Source: Selaginella moellendorffii (Eukaryota > Plantae > Lycopodiophyta). Taken from it: a stretch of 64,000 nt of DNA. Position numbers and translations under genes: made by a program. Below the pieces are notes generated by a model. It did not search any database and was not told where the DNA came from. It worked only from the letters and a program-made list of their open reading frames with translations. Shown here piece by piece: positions 43,626 through 57,615 of this stretch. Position 1 is the stretch's first letter. Every line of letters starts with the position of its first letter. The stretch covers positions 1,840,777 through 1,904,776 of the forward strand of contig NW_003314265.1 in NCBI RefSeq assembly GCF_000143415.4. Direction: 5' to 3'.

Positions 43626-44321
43626 AAAAAGAAAAACGAAGTGGCCTTGTCAAGATTGAAATCTTTCCGGATATATCGCTCGCGCTTACTGCTGGCTCCT
43701 TTGGACATGTGTATAAAAACACTAAAATTTTTGTGTACGCGCAAATATCATCAGTTCCATTATATAATAGTTGATGTTTACGAATCATCATTGGCTCCAG
43801 CCCTTTTGATATTTAAGTTCCAACAAGAAACAGTAAAGTCACAGCTGCAAAAAAGAATTCTCCTACTTTATCCTTTGTGATGGATAAAATTGGCATCGTC
43901 CTCTTTTTCTCTCTAACGTACACCTCAAGTCCAGGTCAAGAGGCTATATATTAATCCGCATTTCTTCCACGTGTGCCAAATAGTCTGTCCTAGTGTGTTT
44001 GGCTATGGTGATTTTTTGACACATTGAGTTGTAATGACTTCTATAGAGTTCTATAAAGCCCTAGCTTATAATGTGTGTTCCTAGGTCCCTTCTTTGTTTG
44101 CTTCCTGGAAATCTCTCCAGCTCCTGTTGCGGCGGCAGCGCTTAGTGAGATTTTACTGGCATTTGGATTGAATCGGAGTGGGGCGAGGTGAGATTTCCGA
44201 TCTGAGAGAGCGAGCTTAGCATTTCAATTAGAGTGGGACCGATTTGGATCTGCGAGGAGGGAGAGCCGATCTATCTGAGGGATATTTCTTTGTCGCTCGC
44301 GCTGGATCGATCTCGATCGCG

Positions 44322-47208
44322 ATGAAGTTTGGCAAGCAGTTTGAGACGCAGCAGGTCCCGGAATGGAGGGAGGCGTACTTGAACTACCGGCAGGGCAAGG
44401 AGATCGTCAAGCATATGGCCAAGATCAAGAAGCAAAGCCAGGAGGAGAGCGAGCCGCAGCTCTCCAGGAGGATCTCAAACTTCCGGAGGCTCGTCAGCGG
44501 ATTCCAACATGCGCATTCGCCGCGGGGGGCGCGATCGCCGACCTCTCCGGAAGCACGGGAGGAAGAGATGATCCTGGTATGAGATTCTTCTTCTTCGGGA
44601 TTCACTTAACGTTGTAACACTTTTTCTTTTGTGGATATAGATCGAGCCAAAGCAAACTAGCGATGGCATGGAGTTCCAGACAGCGTTCTTGGGTGTTGGT
44701 AGCCCGCACAACGAGCTCGAGAGAACGTTTTTTCGGCTGCTCGACGAGGAGCTGGCCAAGCTCAACAAGTTTTACAAGTCCAAGGAGAAAGAGCTCGTGA
44801 CGCAGGCGGCGGCGCTGGATTCCCAGATGGAAGCTCTCCTCTCGGCAAAGAAATCCTTGAACAACTTAGACGCTGGAAACGAGGAGAGCAACGCTAGCAG
44901 CCATGGCCACCTGTCCGTGGTGGAGGAAGATGGAGGGAGCCTTCGACAGATAAAGATTGACATCCCTGCGGCGAAGCCAGCCGACGCGCTGGCTGCTCTC
45001 TTCGCGGAGCTGGCCAACAAGTCCATCACGAACTTAAACTCGCGGCGACTGAAGCGAGCCGAGGAGATGCTTCAGAACGCCTTCGTGGAGTTTTACAAGG
45101 GACTCTACATCTTGAGAAACTTTTGGTACGTAAGTTCGCTTTTCGAAAGTTCGTGTTTCATGTTGTCCTGTTCCTCTGCAGCTCGTTAAACATAATTGCG
45201 TTTTCGAAGCTCCTGAAAAAATACAACAAGGTCAGCCAGCTTTTTTGACATCCACCGGTTTGACTTACACAGATTCTTTGTACGATGCCTCCAGGTTACT
45301 CAGCGGAACCTTGGAAGGAAGTACATGAAAGCCGTAGAAGATTCATACATCGGACAATCTGAGATTGTAAGTGATCGCACATTAATATTCTCAATCGGTG
45401 TTAATGCCACTCGATGTATCTCACTTTCAGATCCAAAAGCTTATGGAAAAGGTAGAGGTACTGTTCACCAAGCATTTCACGGATTCAAACCGTCGTGACG
45501 CGATGCAAGTTTTGAGACCCGAGGCCCGGAAGGAGAGGCACCGGATATCATTCTTTGTAGGTAATGTGATGTGAGTCCTCCAAGGTGCCTTGTTAACTTA
45601 ACAGCTTTGTTTGCGCAGGTGTATTCTTTGGTCTCTCTGTTGCTCTTCTAGTGTCTCTCGTTTTAACCATTCGCGTCGAGAGGCTATATGTTCGTGAATA
45701 TGCTATGACATACATGGATGCAGTGTTCCCGATTTTCAGGTGAGACCTTAGCTAATATCTTTGTCTAACTTTCTCATGAGATATACTTCTCTTTACAGTA
45801 TGCTTACAGCAGTACTGCTACACTTCTTCCTCTACGGACTAAACATATATATGTGGAGAAGGACCAGAATAAATCACACGTTTATTCTTGGGCTCAACCG
45901 AAAGTCCGAGCTACGCTTCCGAGATGTGTTTTTGCTCGCAACGGGGCTGAGTACATTAGCTCTCAGTGGGTTGATACTACACTTGCAATTGACGGCTGGT
46001 GAGAGATGCTGCCAAACATATCAGGAAATCATCCCGCTTCTCGTTGTCGCTGTAAGTATTTTGCTTTAGTAGATTTTTTGTACCAAATGCCTGAACTTCC
46101 GTGTACTTCAGGGAATGGTCGTGCTTCTGTGTATGCCGTTCAACATACTCTACCGCGCCACCCGTTACTTTTTCTTGAACGCCCTTTGGCATTGCCTATT
46201 GACGCCATTCTACAAGGTTCGCAGTGTCTCTCGTCATATATCAACTTGTTATTCATGCTTTTGTTTATATGACAGGTTATCATCACGGATTTTCTTCTCG
46301 CAGACCAGCTTACGAGTCAGGTACATTCCGACAGCCTCATTCTCAGCTTTGTTACAAACTTTGAGTTGCAGGTTCCGGCACTGAGGGATCTGGAATACGT
46401 TCTATGCTACTTCGGCGGTGGATTTTTCAAGGACCGCAACAGCAATGCCTGCCTCAAGAATCCGACCTTCATCACGTTTGGATTCGTCATGGCGTTGCTA
46501 CCTTACTGGTGCCGTTTCTCGCAGGTAACTTCATTCGTCTCGCAGATTCTTTTGAGCTCCTCCTTGGTAACTTACGTAGCTCCTCTCTTGCTGACAGTGT
46601 CTACGGCGTTGGTACGATGAGAAGGATGTGATGCAGCTGTACAACGCTCTCAAATACTTCTCGGCGATCCTGGCCGTGGCAGCGAGGCTGGCCTACGGAT
46701 ACCACAAGGATCCACTGCTGCTGGGCTTCACCATCGCCATCTCCGCCACAGCCGCCATCGTCTCAACTTACTGGGATTTAGTCTACGACTGGGGCCTTCT
46801 CGAGCGAAACTCCGCCAATCCCTGGCTCAGGGACAAGCTCGCTATCCCATACAAGTCGGTCTACTACTTCGCCATTGTAAGTTCTTGCCATCAACTTATC
46901 GGTTTCAGTTCTAAAGCTCTCGGTGACAATGTAGGTGTCAAACATTTTGCTGAGATTCGCATGGCTCCAATCCTTGATACCGATTTCGATGCCAGGGATA
47001 AATCCCAAGGGGCTGTCGCTCATCGTGGCTAGCCTGGAAGTTATCAGGCGTGGACAATGGAACTATTACAGGTAAATCTCGTCACATTCTTCCATCTCTC
47101 TGGCTCTAAAATTCGCAATGTCTTTGATCTAGGCTGGAGAACGAGCATTTCAACAACGTTGGAAAGTTTCGTGCTGTCAAGTCGGTGCCTCTGCCGTTTG
47201 TGGATTGA
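44322..47208 (+). CDS. PHO1: PHO1-family phosphate exporter (SPX + EXS), copy 1
   Basis: '[22 protein letters not shown]', 'AFVEFYKGL', '[11 protein letters not shown]', '[12 protein letters not shown]', '[12 protein letters not shown]', '[23 protein letters not shown]'. Confidence 0.96.
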
Positions 47209-47312
47209 TGTTTTTCCCTCCCTTTTTTTTTGTAAACAGAATCTTTTGTAAATAGACGGAATGTTCTGACCTGCTAAACAGAATATTTGGGCTAGCAGAA
47301 TATGTAAGGCAT

Positions 47313-47320
47313 TTTGGCGG
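47313..47320 (+). promoter_or_regulatory. E2F-type site upstream of CTF18
   Basis: TTTGGCGG (WTTSSCSS consensus) 20 bp before the ATG of a replication gene. Retained in the duplicate at 60592-60599. Confidence 0.55.
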
Positions 47321-47339
47321 GCTTTGAGTTGTGGCGGCT

Positions 47340-50300
47340 ATGGAGGCGCCTGGCGACGATGAGCTCGAGTGGATGGCGATGGAGCAGGGTCAGGCCATGG
47401 AGGAAGAGCTTCTCATGGATGAAGCGTTCTTTGATCAGATCCGGGGCTCCGATGGGTTTGAGGAGGGCAGGGGAGGGTTTGAAGATGTGAATGCCGGCGG
47501 CGGCGAGGATGCGCAGCGCGATCTGCCAGGTTTGGCCTACATTCTGAAATTTCTCATGGATTTTTCCTTTTCCCCTATAGTGAAGAGAAAGCTCGTGATT
47601 CCGGATGTGTGCGTGTCGCCAATCAAATCAAGGAGAGTCCAAGATGCTATAGCGAGAAAGGAATGCGCGATTGCCGTGGAAGAGGAAAGTACCATTGTTC
47701 TCGAAGACTGCCGCGAAGAAAGTTTTTATGGGGAAGAAAATTTTCGCGAAGAATTGGATCAACACCATTTCCCGCGAAAGCGTGCGGCGGACATTGCCGG
47801 GGAGCTGATTTCCATAACTGGGCCATCAGGTGAGCGAGTCTATGCCGAAGTTGATAGAAACTTCTCTCCTCAGCCGGTGCTGCGTGATAAGAAACAAGGT
47901 ATGATCATTTGGACTCGTGACGAACTTAACTCGACTTTGTTGCTCCAGACCAGCTTCTCTCGATGCCCATCGAGAAAATGATTGAACAACTGGAGCTCGA
48001 ACAGTTCAAACAAGTATGGCAGCTTTTCGTTCTTGATCAACTTATTTTCATGGATTTTCTCGAAGGCTTGCGAGCTCGCTGAGAAGGAAAAAGATCCTAT
48101 CGCTGTCTCAGCGGAGAGGATTGACCAGCTGTGGGTTGATAAATACTCGCCGAAGTCGTTCACCGAGCTTTTGAGCGATGAACAGATCAATCGAGAGGTA
48201 TGTCATGATTTTACGGATTGTTTCATGTGTGTAACGTTTTCATTAGTAGGTCTTAAGCTGGTTGAAGCAGTGGGATCTATGCGTTTACGGTGTTAAAAGG
48301 CACTCTACACCTAAAGAGGTTCTCAAAGCTTTGCAACAACACAAGCTTGGGCAACAACCTTCTGATAACAAGTTTAAACGATATGAGGCGAAGAGCAAAT
48401 GGAACAGCGTCAACGATAACAAGAGTTCTTCAGGTCATGACAAGAGCTCTTCAGGTGATAATAAGAGTTCTTCAGGTGACCGGCCAGATCAAAAGGTACT
48501 TCTTTGGTCCCTGCTACATGTACAACAGTTTTATGGCTTCTTTTAAGCAGGTCCTTCTTTTATGTGGCCCTCCGGGCCTTGGGAAAACGACGCTTGCACA
48601 TGTTGCAGCAAAGCATTGTGGATACCGCGTCGTCGAGGTTGGCATGTTCCTGTGATTCAAGTTCCTTGTATGTATCGTTTCAACTTATGCAGATTAATGC
48701 CAGTGATGATCGCACAGCGTCCTCTTTTCAGACCAAAATTTTGGATGCTCTTCAAATGAAGACAGTCACAGGAGATTCTAAGCCAAACTGTCTGGTAATT
48801 TCTCACTGTGGAAGATATACTGAATGCTATGTCATTGACAGATTCTTGATGAAATAGACGGAGCGGTCAGCGGCACGGAAGGGAAATCGTCTGTCAGTTT
48901 TTTAGTTGATCTGGTATGTGTCAATTTACACAACGTTAATTGAATAATTTTTGCTACAGCTTTCTGCAGAGGCGAAGGCTGTGTCTCGAAATGATAACGA
49001 CGATAAAATGTCCAAACCTCAAAGGAAGAAGACTGCCATCGCTCGACTATCTAGACCCGTAAGCTTGCGTCCTATAGAGAACCTCGCCAACTTTTGTGGC
49101 ACAGATCATTTGCATTTGCAACGACCTTTATGCTCCTGCCTTACGGCCTTTGCGTCAAATTGCCCGGTACCGCAACACCATCTCTTTTGTATCTTAACAG
49201 CAGTTTTGGCAGGATTCATATATTTTCTCCTCCAAGTCCTCATAGGATAGTGACAAGGTTGTAACTTTTTCATTTGCTCTTCAAAACCACTCACGGTGTC
49301 TATGCAGACTAAATTTCATTTGCAAGTCAGAAGGTTACAAGGTGGACACACGCGCTCTAGCTGCCCTCGCTGTGCACACTGGTAACAAACAATTGCTGTG
49401 GGCTCAAATTTTTGACTCGAATTACAGAATCAGATATTCGCTCGTGTTTAAACACTCTTCAGTTCTTGTTTCGGAACGGACAGTCGCTGAAAGCGGTAAT
49501 CCTGCCATTTTTTTCTATCAAGCTTTCTAAGGCGCTCTACTTTGCAGCTAGAAGTCGCTTCTCAGGTTATTGGTAAAAAAGACATGACCAGCAGCATGTT
49601 CGACATATGGCTTGAGGTAAGCTGCTTCCAATTCATTTTCTATCTGCTTAAGCGGTTTTGCTAGACATTCTGGACTAGAAACAGAACCAGAATGAAGCAG
49701 GCACACGCGGAGTTCAGTCGGGTCCATGACGTTTATGCGAACCAGTACGTTCTAAAGTTCTAGAAGTATTTGCTTATTTGCTAATGTTTTTATGCAGCGG
49801 AGAGTATGACCTTGGAATGGAGGGTATTTTTGAGAACTTCTTGCATGTGCATTATCATGATGTATACCTCCAAAAGACGGTAAATATCGAATTTGGTTTT
49901 TCTCTGCCTCATTGGTCTTCATTGCTACTTCTTAGCTTCAATGCCTGGAAGTGATAGGCGCGTCAGATATTTTTGGACGAAAAACAGCTTCGCAGCAGCA
50001 GTTTTTTCTGAATGGTACCGTTTGTTCTTGTTCCAAAGACCTTTTTCACTCTGCATGAAACAGCGTATCGACCTTCTTTTAAACTTGCTATTCGCCGTTT
50101 GATTTCGCAGCCTGTTCGGCCTAAGCTTGAGTGGCCGAAATCATTTCAGAGGTATGGTTTAATATTGTAGAAAGTCTGTACTGATGGGTTTCTGTCGTTC
50201 CAGAAATCGTCAAGTCCATGCAGCAAACACAGAAATTTTGAAGTCGTGGCTGACTTCAATGACACTGGCCCTATCGCGAACCATTTTGTGTCCCTCTTTG

Positions 50301-51208
50301 ATCCAGGATGTTCTTTCTCCTTTGTTATCGATTTTGGCTCCCAAGTTGCGGCCCGTAAGAACTAGATAACGTATTTTCAGCGTGCTGATGCCGTGGTACG
50401 TGCAGGTTGCGTCTAATCTTCTTTCTCAGCAAGAACGCGAAGACCTTAAGCAGCTTGTGGATACAATGATAAGTTATGGACTTCGGTACAAGAAGTCCAA
50501 GGCTGACAATCTCACAGTACAAAAGTTCTCGGGGGAAGCATTCCTGTTAGATCCTCCACTGCACACCTTTATAACCTTCAAGGTAATCGTTATTGTTTCT
50601 GTTTTATAAGTTTTGAAGTTCATTCTTCCTTACCTATCAGGAATACGCCCACAGCCATGGAGAACTTTCTTCAACCATTCAACAGATGCTGAGCCACGAG
50701 GTGCAGAAGTTCATACACAAAGAATGCATGCGTAATGCGATATTTCAGGTTGAAATAGAAGCGATAAAACGCGAAACTGCAAAGCGGTCCTCTAAACCAT
50801 TCCAGCAGAAGCCATCTGTTTCTGCCAACAATAATACCATCGTCAAGTCTACTACCATTGAAAAGAGGACAATCGTATCAGCTTCAACATCCACTGGAAA
50901 ACTCGTGACAACATCTAAGACCGAAGTTGTCAAGGCAAACACTGTCTTGAAGAAAGCTTCTTTCTTTGACAGGTAGGCTCGTTGTGCTGTTCAAATCCAC
51001 ACTGTCGTTGCAGGTTTAGAACAGGAAGCACGGAAGGCCACTCCTCCAAAAGGGAAGTTTCAACAGCTAAAAGAGATTCGAGGCCATTGCTCTTTAAATT
51101 TCACGAGGTCGGACGCTTCTCTTTGTGGTGCATAGCTGAGCGTTTTCTTTGCTTCAGGGATTTACAAACGCGGTGAAGAAGCCCGTCCTTATGCGTGATT
51201 TTCTATGA
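47340..51208 (+). CDS. CTF18: Chromosome transmission fidelity protein 18 (alternative RFC large subunit)
   Basis: '[23 protein letters not shown]', '[24 protein letters not shown]', 'INASDDR', 'ILDEIDG', '[16 protein letters not shown]', C-terminal '[15 protein letters not shown]'. Confidence 0.95.
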
Positions 51209-51416
51209 GCGCGATGATCGTGTACTTCTCCTTTTAGGTGCGTGTCCAGCGATTTTTTTCCCTTTAGGTAGAGTTTGATTCTTGATTTGCAGCTGCTGTT
51301 TTGTAGCTAAGCTTCGATTAATAATTATGGACACTCAAATCCAATAACTTAAGAGAATCAAAGCTGATTTATTTCGTTCAGAATCCCCTCCCTTTTCTTT
51401 TGAAGCTGTTGTTTCA

Positions 51417-53039
51417 ATGGCGACAATGGCGGCTGCTGCAGCTTCAGCATTCTGCTCTATTCGGTCTTCCAATGGAAATGGCCACTGGGTAACGAGGGTT
51501 CTCCGGTGTTTCAGATGTAAATCTCTTTCTTCCATATTTTATTTTGTTAGGCTTCTGGATACGTTCCAACAAGGCCCTGGGCTCTTCGAATTCATAGCAT
51601 TGCGGAGCCGAATTTGCGAATGTGAGTCACCTCCTACCCTGTGTTTTGTTGTTTTTTCGTTGCTTATATCTCTCTCAGGTGCTCTGAGACAAGGAGCAAC
51701 TTTTGCATTTGTGCTGCTGCTGCTGATTCCAGCCAGGCATCACAATCGAGCAAAGAGATTGATCGATTGATAGATAAGCTGCGGAGCACAGACTCCCAAC
51801 TTGTGAGTGAGTCGGAAAGAACCGGCTACTTAGATAATGATCACTGAAAGTTTTGTTTTTCCTTTTTATTCTCTAGCTACCACAGATAGTTGCGGAGAAT
51901 GTCCTGGCGTTTGATAGTAAGTTCTGGCTTCGACTGGCTACCAGGACAGACCTTTGTAAATCGGAAGATGATAAGGTAAGGTTTCATCCATTTCGTATTA
52001 TCTTGTTGTAAAGAATTAAATTTGGAAGGTGGATCTTGAAGAGCTTGCATCGAACATAATGCAGCTAGTCGAGCGGATTGTACAGAAGACAGAGGTTTAC
52101 ACACATCTGTTATCACCCAATTTTTGTCTGAAAGAATGTTTATTTGTCTGAATGAACAGGAAAAGATTGAAACTTCCACAGATGTGCTTATGGCGATTCT
52201 AGAGCCAGTCGCAGGCTCCAAAAACGAAGAAATTGTCTGGCCGCCTCGTGATCCTGATGCGTTGCAAAGAGTCAGAAAGGTATCTCTGTTTTGGTAGATG
52301 TTTGTTCTTTTTAAATTCCTTTTTTCTTCTTTCTCAATCTCAGGAGCTGATGCACAGGGAAAGTTCCGGCTACTTGGATGACGGTTTTCTCGCAGAAGTG
52401 AACGCTCAACTTCGTCAGGTATGGATGGAAGGTTTCCTTTCTTTTATTTTCATATATTTTTACATTTTTCGTTGCTAGAAAGGCCAAAAAAGATGCTGAT
52501 AAGCCCGGATTGCTGGCTTTGCTACAAAAAGTGCTACAACTTTATGCAGCAACGTTTCTTGCAAAGACAAGCTATGCCAAGAGAGGTTTGTAGCTTCAAT
52601 CGTTTCTCACAACAAACTTACGCTGTAATCCTTTTTTCTTTGTTTGATATAAGCAGATGGAGTCGTAGACGAAGCTGAGGAACTGCTCGAGAATATAATC
52701 TCAGGTTCGCTTTTGCATCTTCCTTTTCTCGTGGTTAGCTAGACAAGTTCTATTTTTTATAGCTGACAGCGAAGCTTGGGATAGCATGATAAGGTCCGGA
52801 GTGGACTTGGGCGGTGGCCCAGTTAAGAGCGTAGATCTTCGCAAAATGGCTAAGAAACGCATTGAACGAATTCTTCTTAGAACAGTAAGTCTCATTGCTT
52901 CATTTTTTTTCTTTTCTTGGTTTTTTGAGCAAAAGGTTATAAGCAGGAAGGTGGCTCTTACAAGCAAAGAATTCTCGTTGAGTACTTGAAAGAGATTGAG
53001 AGAAGCGTGGATATGGTTGTAGCAGCCTTTTCTTCCTGA
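51417..53039 (+). CDS. Conserved plant plastid-type protein of unknown function, copy 1 (At4g24090-like from memory, unverified)
   Basis: Transit-like N-terminus; 'ENVLAFDSKFWLRLATRTDLCKSEDDK', 'VWPPRDPDAL', 'LDDGFLAEVNAQLRQ', 'LQKVLQLYA', 'EGGSYKQRILVEYL'. Confidence 0.8.
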
Positions 53040-54364
53040 GTTGTTTATAAACTATTACACTTTTTATTCTTTTTACATACATTTTAAAATTTCAAGGTCT
53101 AAAGGATTAGGGTGCCTTTGTGAAACTGTGGTTGACGTAACCTCATTTTATATAAGGAGAAAACGTTCTCTTTCGTGCTTGTGTGTCGTCACACTATCCA
53201 TGGCAACCATATCTCCTAGGTTTGATTGGTACTACTTACTCATCTTGTTGCCATACTTAAGCATGTGGAGCTGTCTCACGGATTATGTCACTGGGAGGAG
53301 GAAAATAGCTTGCAAAAAGCACACTTGATGGATTTGCTACAGATCGTTCTCCTAGCTGGTCCCCTTTTGGAGAAGCATCTCCATTTGTTGCTTGGTTTGT
53401 AAGGTTAACTCCTTCGCTCCTAGTATGAATCAATTATTGATCCTCGAGCTCATCATGCTCCAGTTGATCAGCCATCTACTTCACTCTGAATGCTTCTCCC
53501 TTCTTTCTCCAAGATACTTTTGGTTCAAGAGCTCTACTGACCATTATGGCTTGCAAAGCTCTACATCCTGAAAGTGTCCGCTGCTAGCAGATTAGAGAAG
53601 GGAAACTCTCGTCTGTCTTGTGAATTATGCATATACCACAAACCTTGATGACTCCAGGATCTCTCATTAACTTAGAAGAAGAAGCTAGTGCATAAGTAAA
53701 GTAAAGGAAGCCATGGCTAAGTAACAACTAAAGAAGAATTCCCTTCTTGTTCTCCAGAATTCATCTTAAGCGAGCCAATGTAATGCAGCTAACTGTGAGC
53801 CCTATGTTCGCTAAAAAGCAATAGTGTTGGGTAAGTATCACAGAGCTAATGTTTATGCCATTGGGTTTTATTAGGAGGTGAGGCAAAACATTTCTCTAGG
53901 TGCTTAAGGTGTTAAGAATAATAATTTTTTTGCAAGCAAGTGAATTTTGTTGTAGTTGTAATAACATATTAACTCCATTGATTTCTTGCATTTTTAATTA
54001 CACAATAAAGATTTTAGCATTATAATGGTTTACTATGCTTAAGCTTGTTGTGCAAAACACCCTCATTAGGGAAAGAACTTTAAGCATACAGTGATTGTGA
54101 ATTTAGCCTATACCATCCAAATTCAAAATAAAACTTGCGTATTGAAAGATATCACATCCACAAACTTTAAGTGCTGATCTATCAAAATATCTAACATGGA
54201 GTGAAATTTATACAGTGTGAAAAATTATATATGTGGCATTGATTTGGACTTTGCCATGCATATATTGCAAATAACAATATATGTCTGTTTGCTATGTATA
54301 CATGGCAAACAATAATACATGCTTATTTGCTATGTAAAAATGGGGACAACAATACATGTATGTG

Positions 54365-55165
54365 TTTAAAATATTATTTTGTGAGGCACACATATGTGTT
54401 ATAAAAAGTTAAACATATTTGTGTTTTTCAGTAATATATTTTATAGGCTTCTACCTACGCTACCCACCTTACCATAAAATAAGCATGAAATAAAGAAAAC
54501 TTTAAGAAAATCTATATAACTAACTTCTAAATTTGAGTTTCCCAAGAACTCATCTAGCTTAGCATTATATAAATCCAAGGACACTTAACCTTAAATATTT
54601 TTAAAATTTTAAGCATATAAGAAAGATACATTTTTTTATAATTTGTTTTTTAATATTTAAACCTTTATAAATCATTTTCTTTTTAATTGCTTCCTTACAA
54701 ATTTACGCCTTTATGAACAACAATTGAAAATTACAGTTCTTCCAAGAGTTCTATTCTTTTGACATCTTACCCTTTAGGTCAAATCCAACCCAAGTAAACT
54801 CAATTACCAAATATCAATTTCAATATATAGTGTGATTCCCTTAGAAATTAACAGAGTTAATATAAAATTACTCTAAAACTATAAATTTTAACGTCCTGAG
54901 ATATCACATATTTAAACTTAATCACATATAACTCTAAGTATCTTAACCAAGTTGGAAAAAGACATTTTTCCTTTATATTTGAACTTTTAAAGATTGTTTT
55001 TTGAATTATTATTATTGGTTGTTTATAGTATATTTGCTGAGGGGACGTGTACCTAGGGTGGGCAGTTTGTAAACAATTGTAAAATTTTACAAAATATATG
55101 AAAAAAAACACATGTATATTTAATTATTGTAAAACATATGTATGACTCACAAAATAATATTTTAA
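54365..55165. mobile_element. AT-rich element with long inverted repeats (MITE/foldback-like), truncated at the duplication junction
   Basis: tttaaaatattattttgtgag...tgtgttttt (54365-54428) is the inverse of aaaaacacat...ctcacaaaataatattttaaa (~55104-55165). tacccacctta is inverse to tagggtgggca. Nearby palindromic TTGCCATG...CATGGCAA motifs. Confidence 0.6.
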
Positions 55166-57018
55166 ATCGGGAGATTATCAGCTCCACAAGCAAGTATTGG
55201 AGCTGGAGGCACGGCTATCAGTCACAGGTAGAGAAAATTCCTTTTATCATCCATACGTTGTCTAATGTGTTTTCCTCCTTGCCAGATTCTAACTTAAAGC
55301 AAGCGAAGCAAGAGTCCTTTGAGAAGAGCAAAAAAATCGTTTCATTGGAGAGCGAAGTAGATTCTCTCCAGGTGAGTGCTATAGATCGATATTTTGGACT
55401 GGAAGTGACTGTGCTGTGGGTAGAAGCGGGCATCTGGCGATTTGGAGAAGAAAATTCAGAGTCTGGAGGCAAAGGCGGAAGAATTATCAAAGGTGGAATT
55501 TGTCGGTCGTACTTTCTTGTTGTTCTGTCGTAACACCGCGACTTTTAGGTGGAACAACTCGAGGGGAACTTGAAAAAGTCGAGGGAAAACGCACAGAAGT
55601 TGCAAGACAAGCTGGAATTGTCGGAAGCGAAAGTTCATGAGCTAACCACAAAACTCGCACAGGTTTGCACGAAGATTATCCTTTTCGAATCCTTTGATGC
55701 GAGAAAGATTCTCTTTTTCTAACCAGGCCGAGAAGAGCAGTACCCATCTGCGAAAGAAAACGCGTGATGCTGAAGAGGCACGTAAGATAGCTGAGAATCT
55801 TCTGCTAAAGGCAAAGTCCGAGGCAGCTGCAAAGGCTCAGGAACTTTATAAGGTGTTTCGATTTTTCATTCGTCGTTCGTTGTGACAAGATTTGCAGGTT
55901 TACGAGGCTTGGCTGCCACCATGGGTCGCGGGCCGACTAGCGCAGATACAGGTAAGAAGTGTTTTCGTTGATATTTTCATTCATCTGTTGTGCGTGTATA
56001 GTCAACTTCGGCAGTGTATTGGACCCTGTACGGTGAACCAGTTTTTAAGAAAGCTGCGGAGCACGTAAGCCGATTATTTCTTCAATAGCATGTCTCATCT
56101 ATAACCATTATTTGTATCAGGCCTCTCGACACGCCACAACGGCGAAGGAATGGGCTCAACCTCACGTAGATACTCTTAAGAAGGTACACATTATCTTGCT
56201 TTTGTCAATGGCTTTAAGATGAGCTTCGTTTTTTCTCCAGAAAGTAGGCCCTTCTGCGAGTGCGTACTGGCTCCACGAACGGCAAAGTTCTGGCTTCTAA
56301 AGTGTCAGAGGCCTACAATGTTCACTTGTCGCCCCACTTTGTTAAGGCGAACGAACAACTTATGCCTCGCATCAAGGTCTGCAATCGTCCATGTATCGGA
56401 TAGGTTTCTTACATCCTTTCTCTCATTTGCAGTCTCTACGGAAACAGCTTCGGCCGCACGTAGACAAAGCTGCTGCGTACGTCCGTCCTTATTACGAGAA
56501 ATCTCAAGAATACGCTGCTCCTCACATCGAAAAGGTGCAGCAAGTTTCCAAGGAGGCACTGTCCTCGGCTGTAAATTATCACAATAAGGTAAGTCTTAGA
56601 AGCCGAATATTACTGGCAGCTTCTGATTCTTCTCACTTACTTTCAGATGCAAAACTCAGTTCGCGGGCTTTTATTGAAGCACGAGGTGGCGAGCAAAGAG
56701 CTCGTTTGGTTTCTCGTAAGAGATTTATTTCCGGTTGCGTGTTTGCCAGCTCTAATTTACTTCTCCTCTCTTAGGCGATGGCGATTTTGGTGCTACCAGC
56801 GGCTGTAGCGATGCATTTGGTGTTGAGTACCTTCAGGTAAAGAGTCAAACTTGAGCTTGCACTCTCAAGCAAACTGACTAGAAAACTTGGCACTCCAGTG
56901 GTAGCAAGAAGGTGAAGAAGCCGAGCCGGAGCCACGCCAACGCGCACAAAAAGTCCAAAAAGTCCAAGCATCTTCATCGGTGGCGACAAGCGCAGAGAAG
57001 CACGCAGAGAAGCAGTAG
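55166..57018 (+). pseudogene. Coiled-coil gene, duplicate pseudogene
   Basis: Lacks promoter, start codon and signal peptide. 1-bp deletion at ~55180, 8-bp deletion at ~56270, 15-bp deletion at ~56688. Confidence 0.88.
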
Positions 57019-57615
57019 GGAAAAAAAAATCAAGTGGCCTTGTCAAGATTGAAATCTTTCCGGATATATCCCTCGCGCTTACTGCTGGCTCCTTTGGACA
57101 CGTGTATAAAAACACTAAAACTTTTGTGTACGGGCAAAATAACCTCAGTTCCACTTATATAATAGTTGATGTCCACGAATCATCATTGGTTGCAGCCCTT
57201 TTGATATTTAAGTTCCAACAAAAAACATCACATGACTGCTTACTATATCCTTTGAAAGCCTTTTTTCTCTCTAACGTACTCAAGTCCAGGTCAAGAGGCT
57301 ATATATATTAATCCGCATTTCTTCCACGTCTTAGTGTGTTTGGCTATGGTGATTTTCTTCTGACACATTAGAGTGGATCGAGTTGTAATGACTTCTATAG
57401 AGCTCTAATAAAGCCCTAGCTTATAACGCTGGAAATCTCTCCAGCTCCCGCAGCAGATGAGATTTAACTGGCATTTGGATTGAAGCGGAGTGCGAGGTGA
57501 GATTTTCGATCTGAGAAAGCAGCATTTCGATTAGAGTGGGGCCGATTTGGATCTGCGAGGAGGGAGGGCCGATCGATATTTCTTTGTCGCTCGCGCTGAA
57601 TCGATCTCGATCGCG

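Noticed and set aside
48415-48480. 21-bp x3 repeat (DNKSSSG) in CTF18
   Set aside because: In-frame minisatellite in a low-complexity loop; not CRISPR-like
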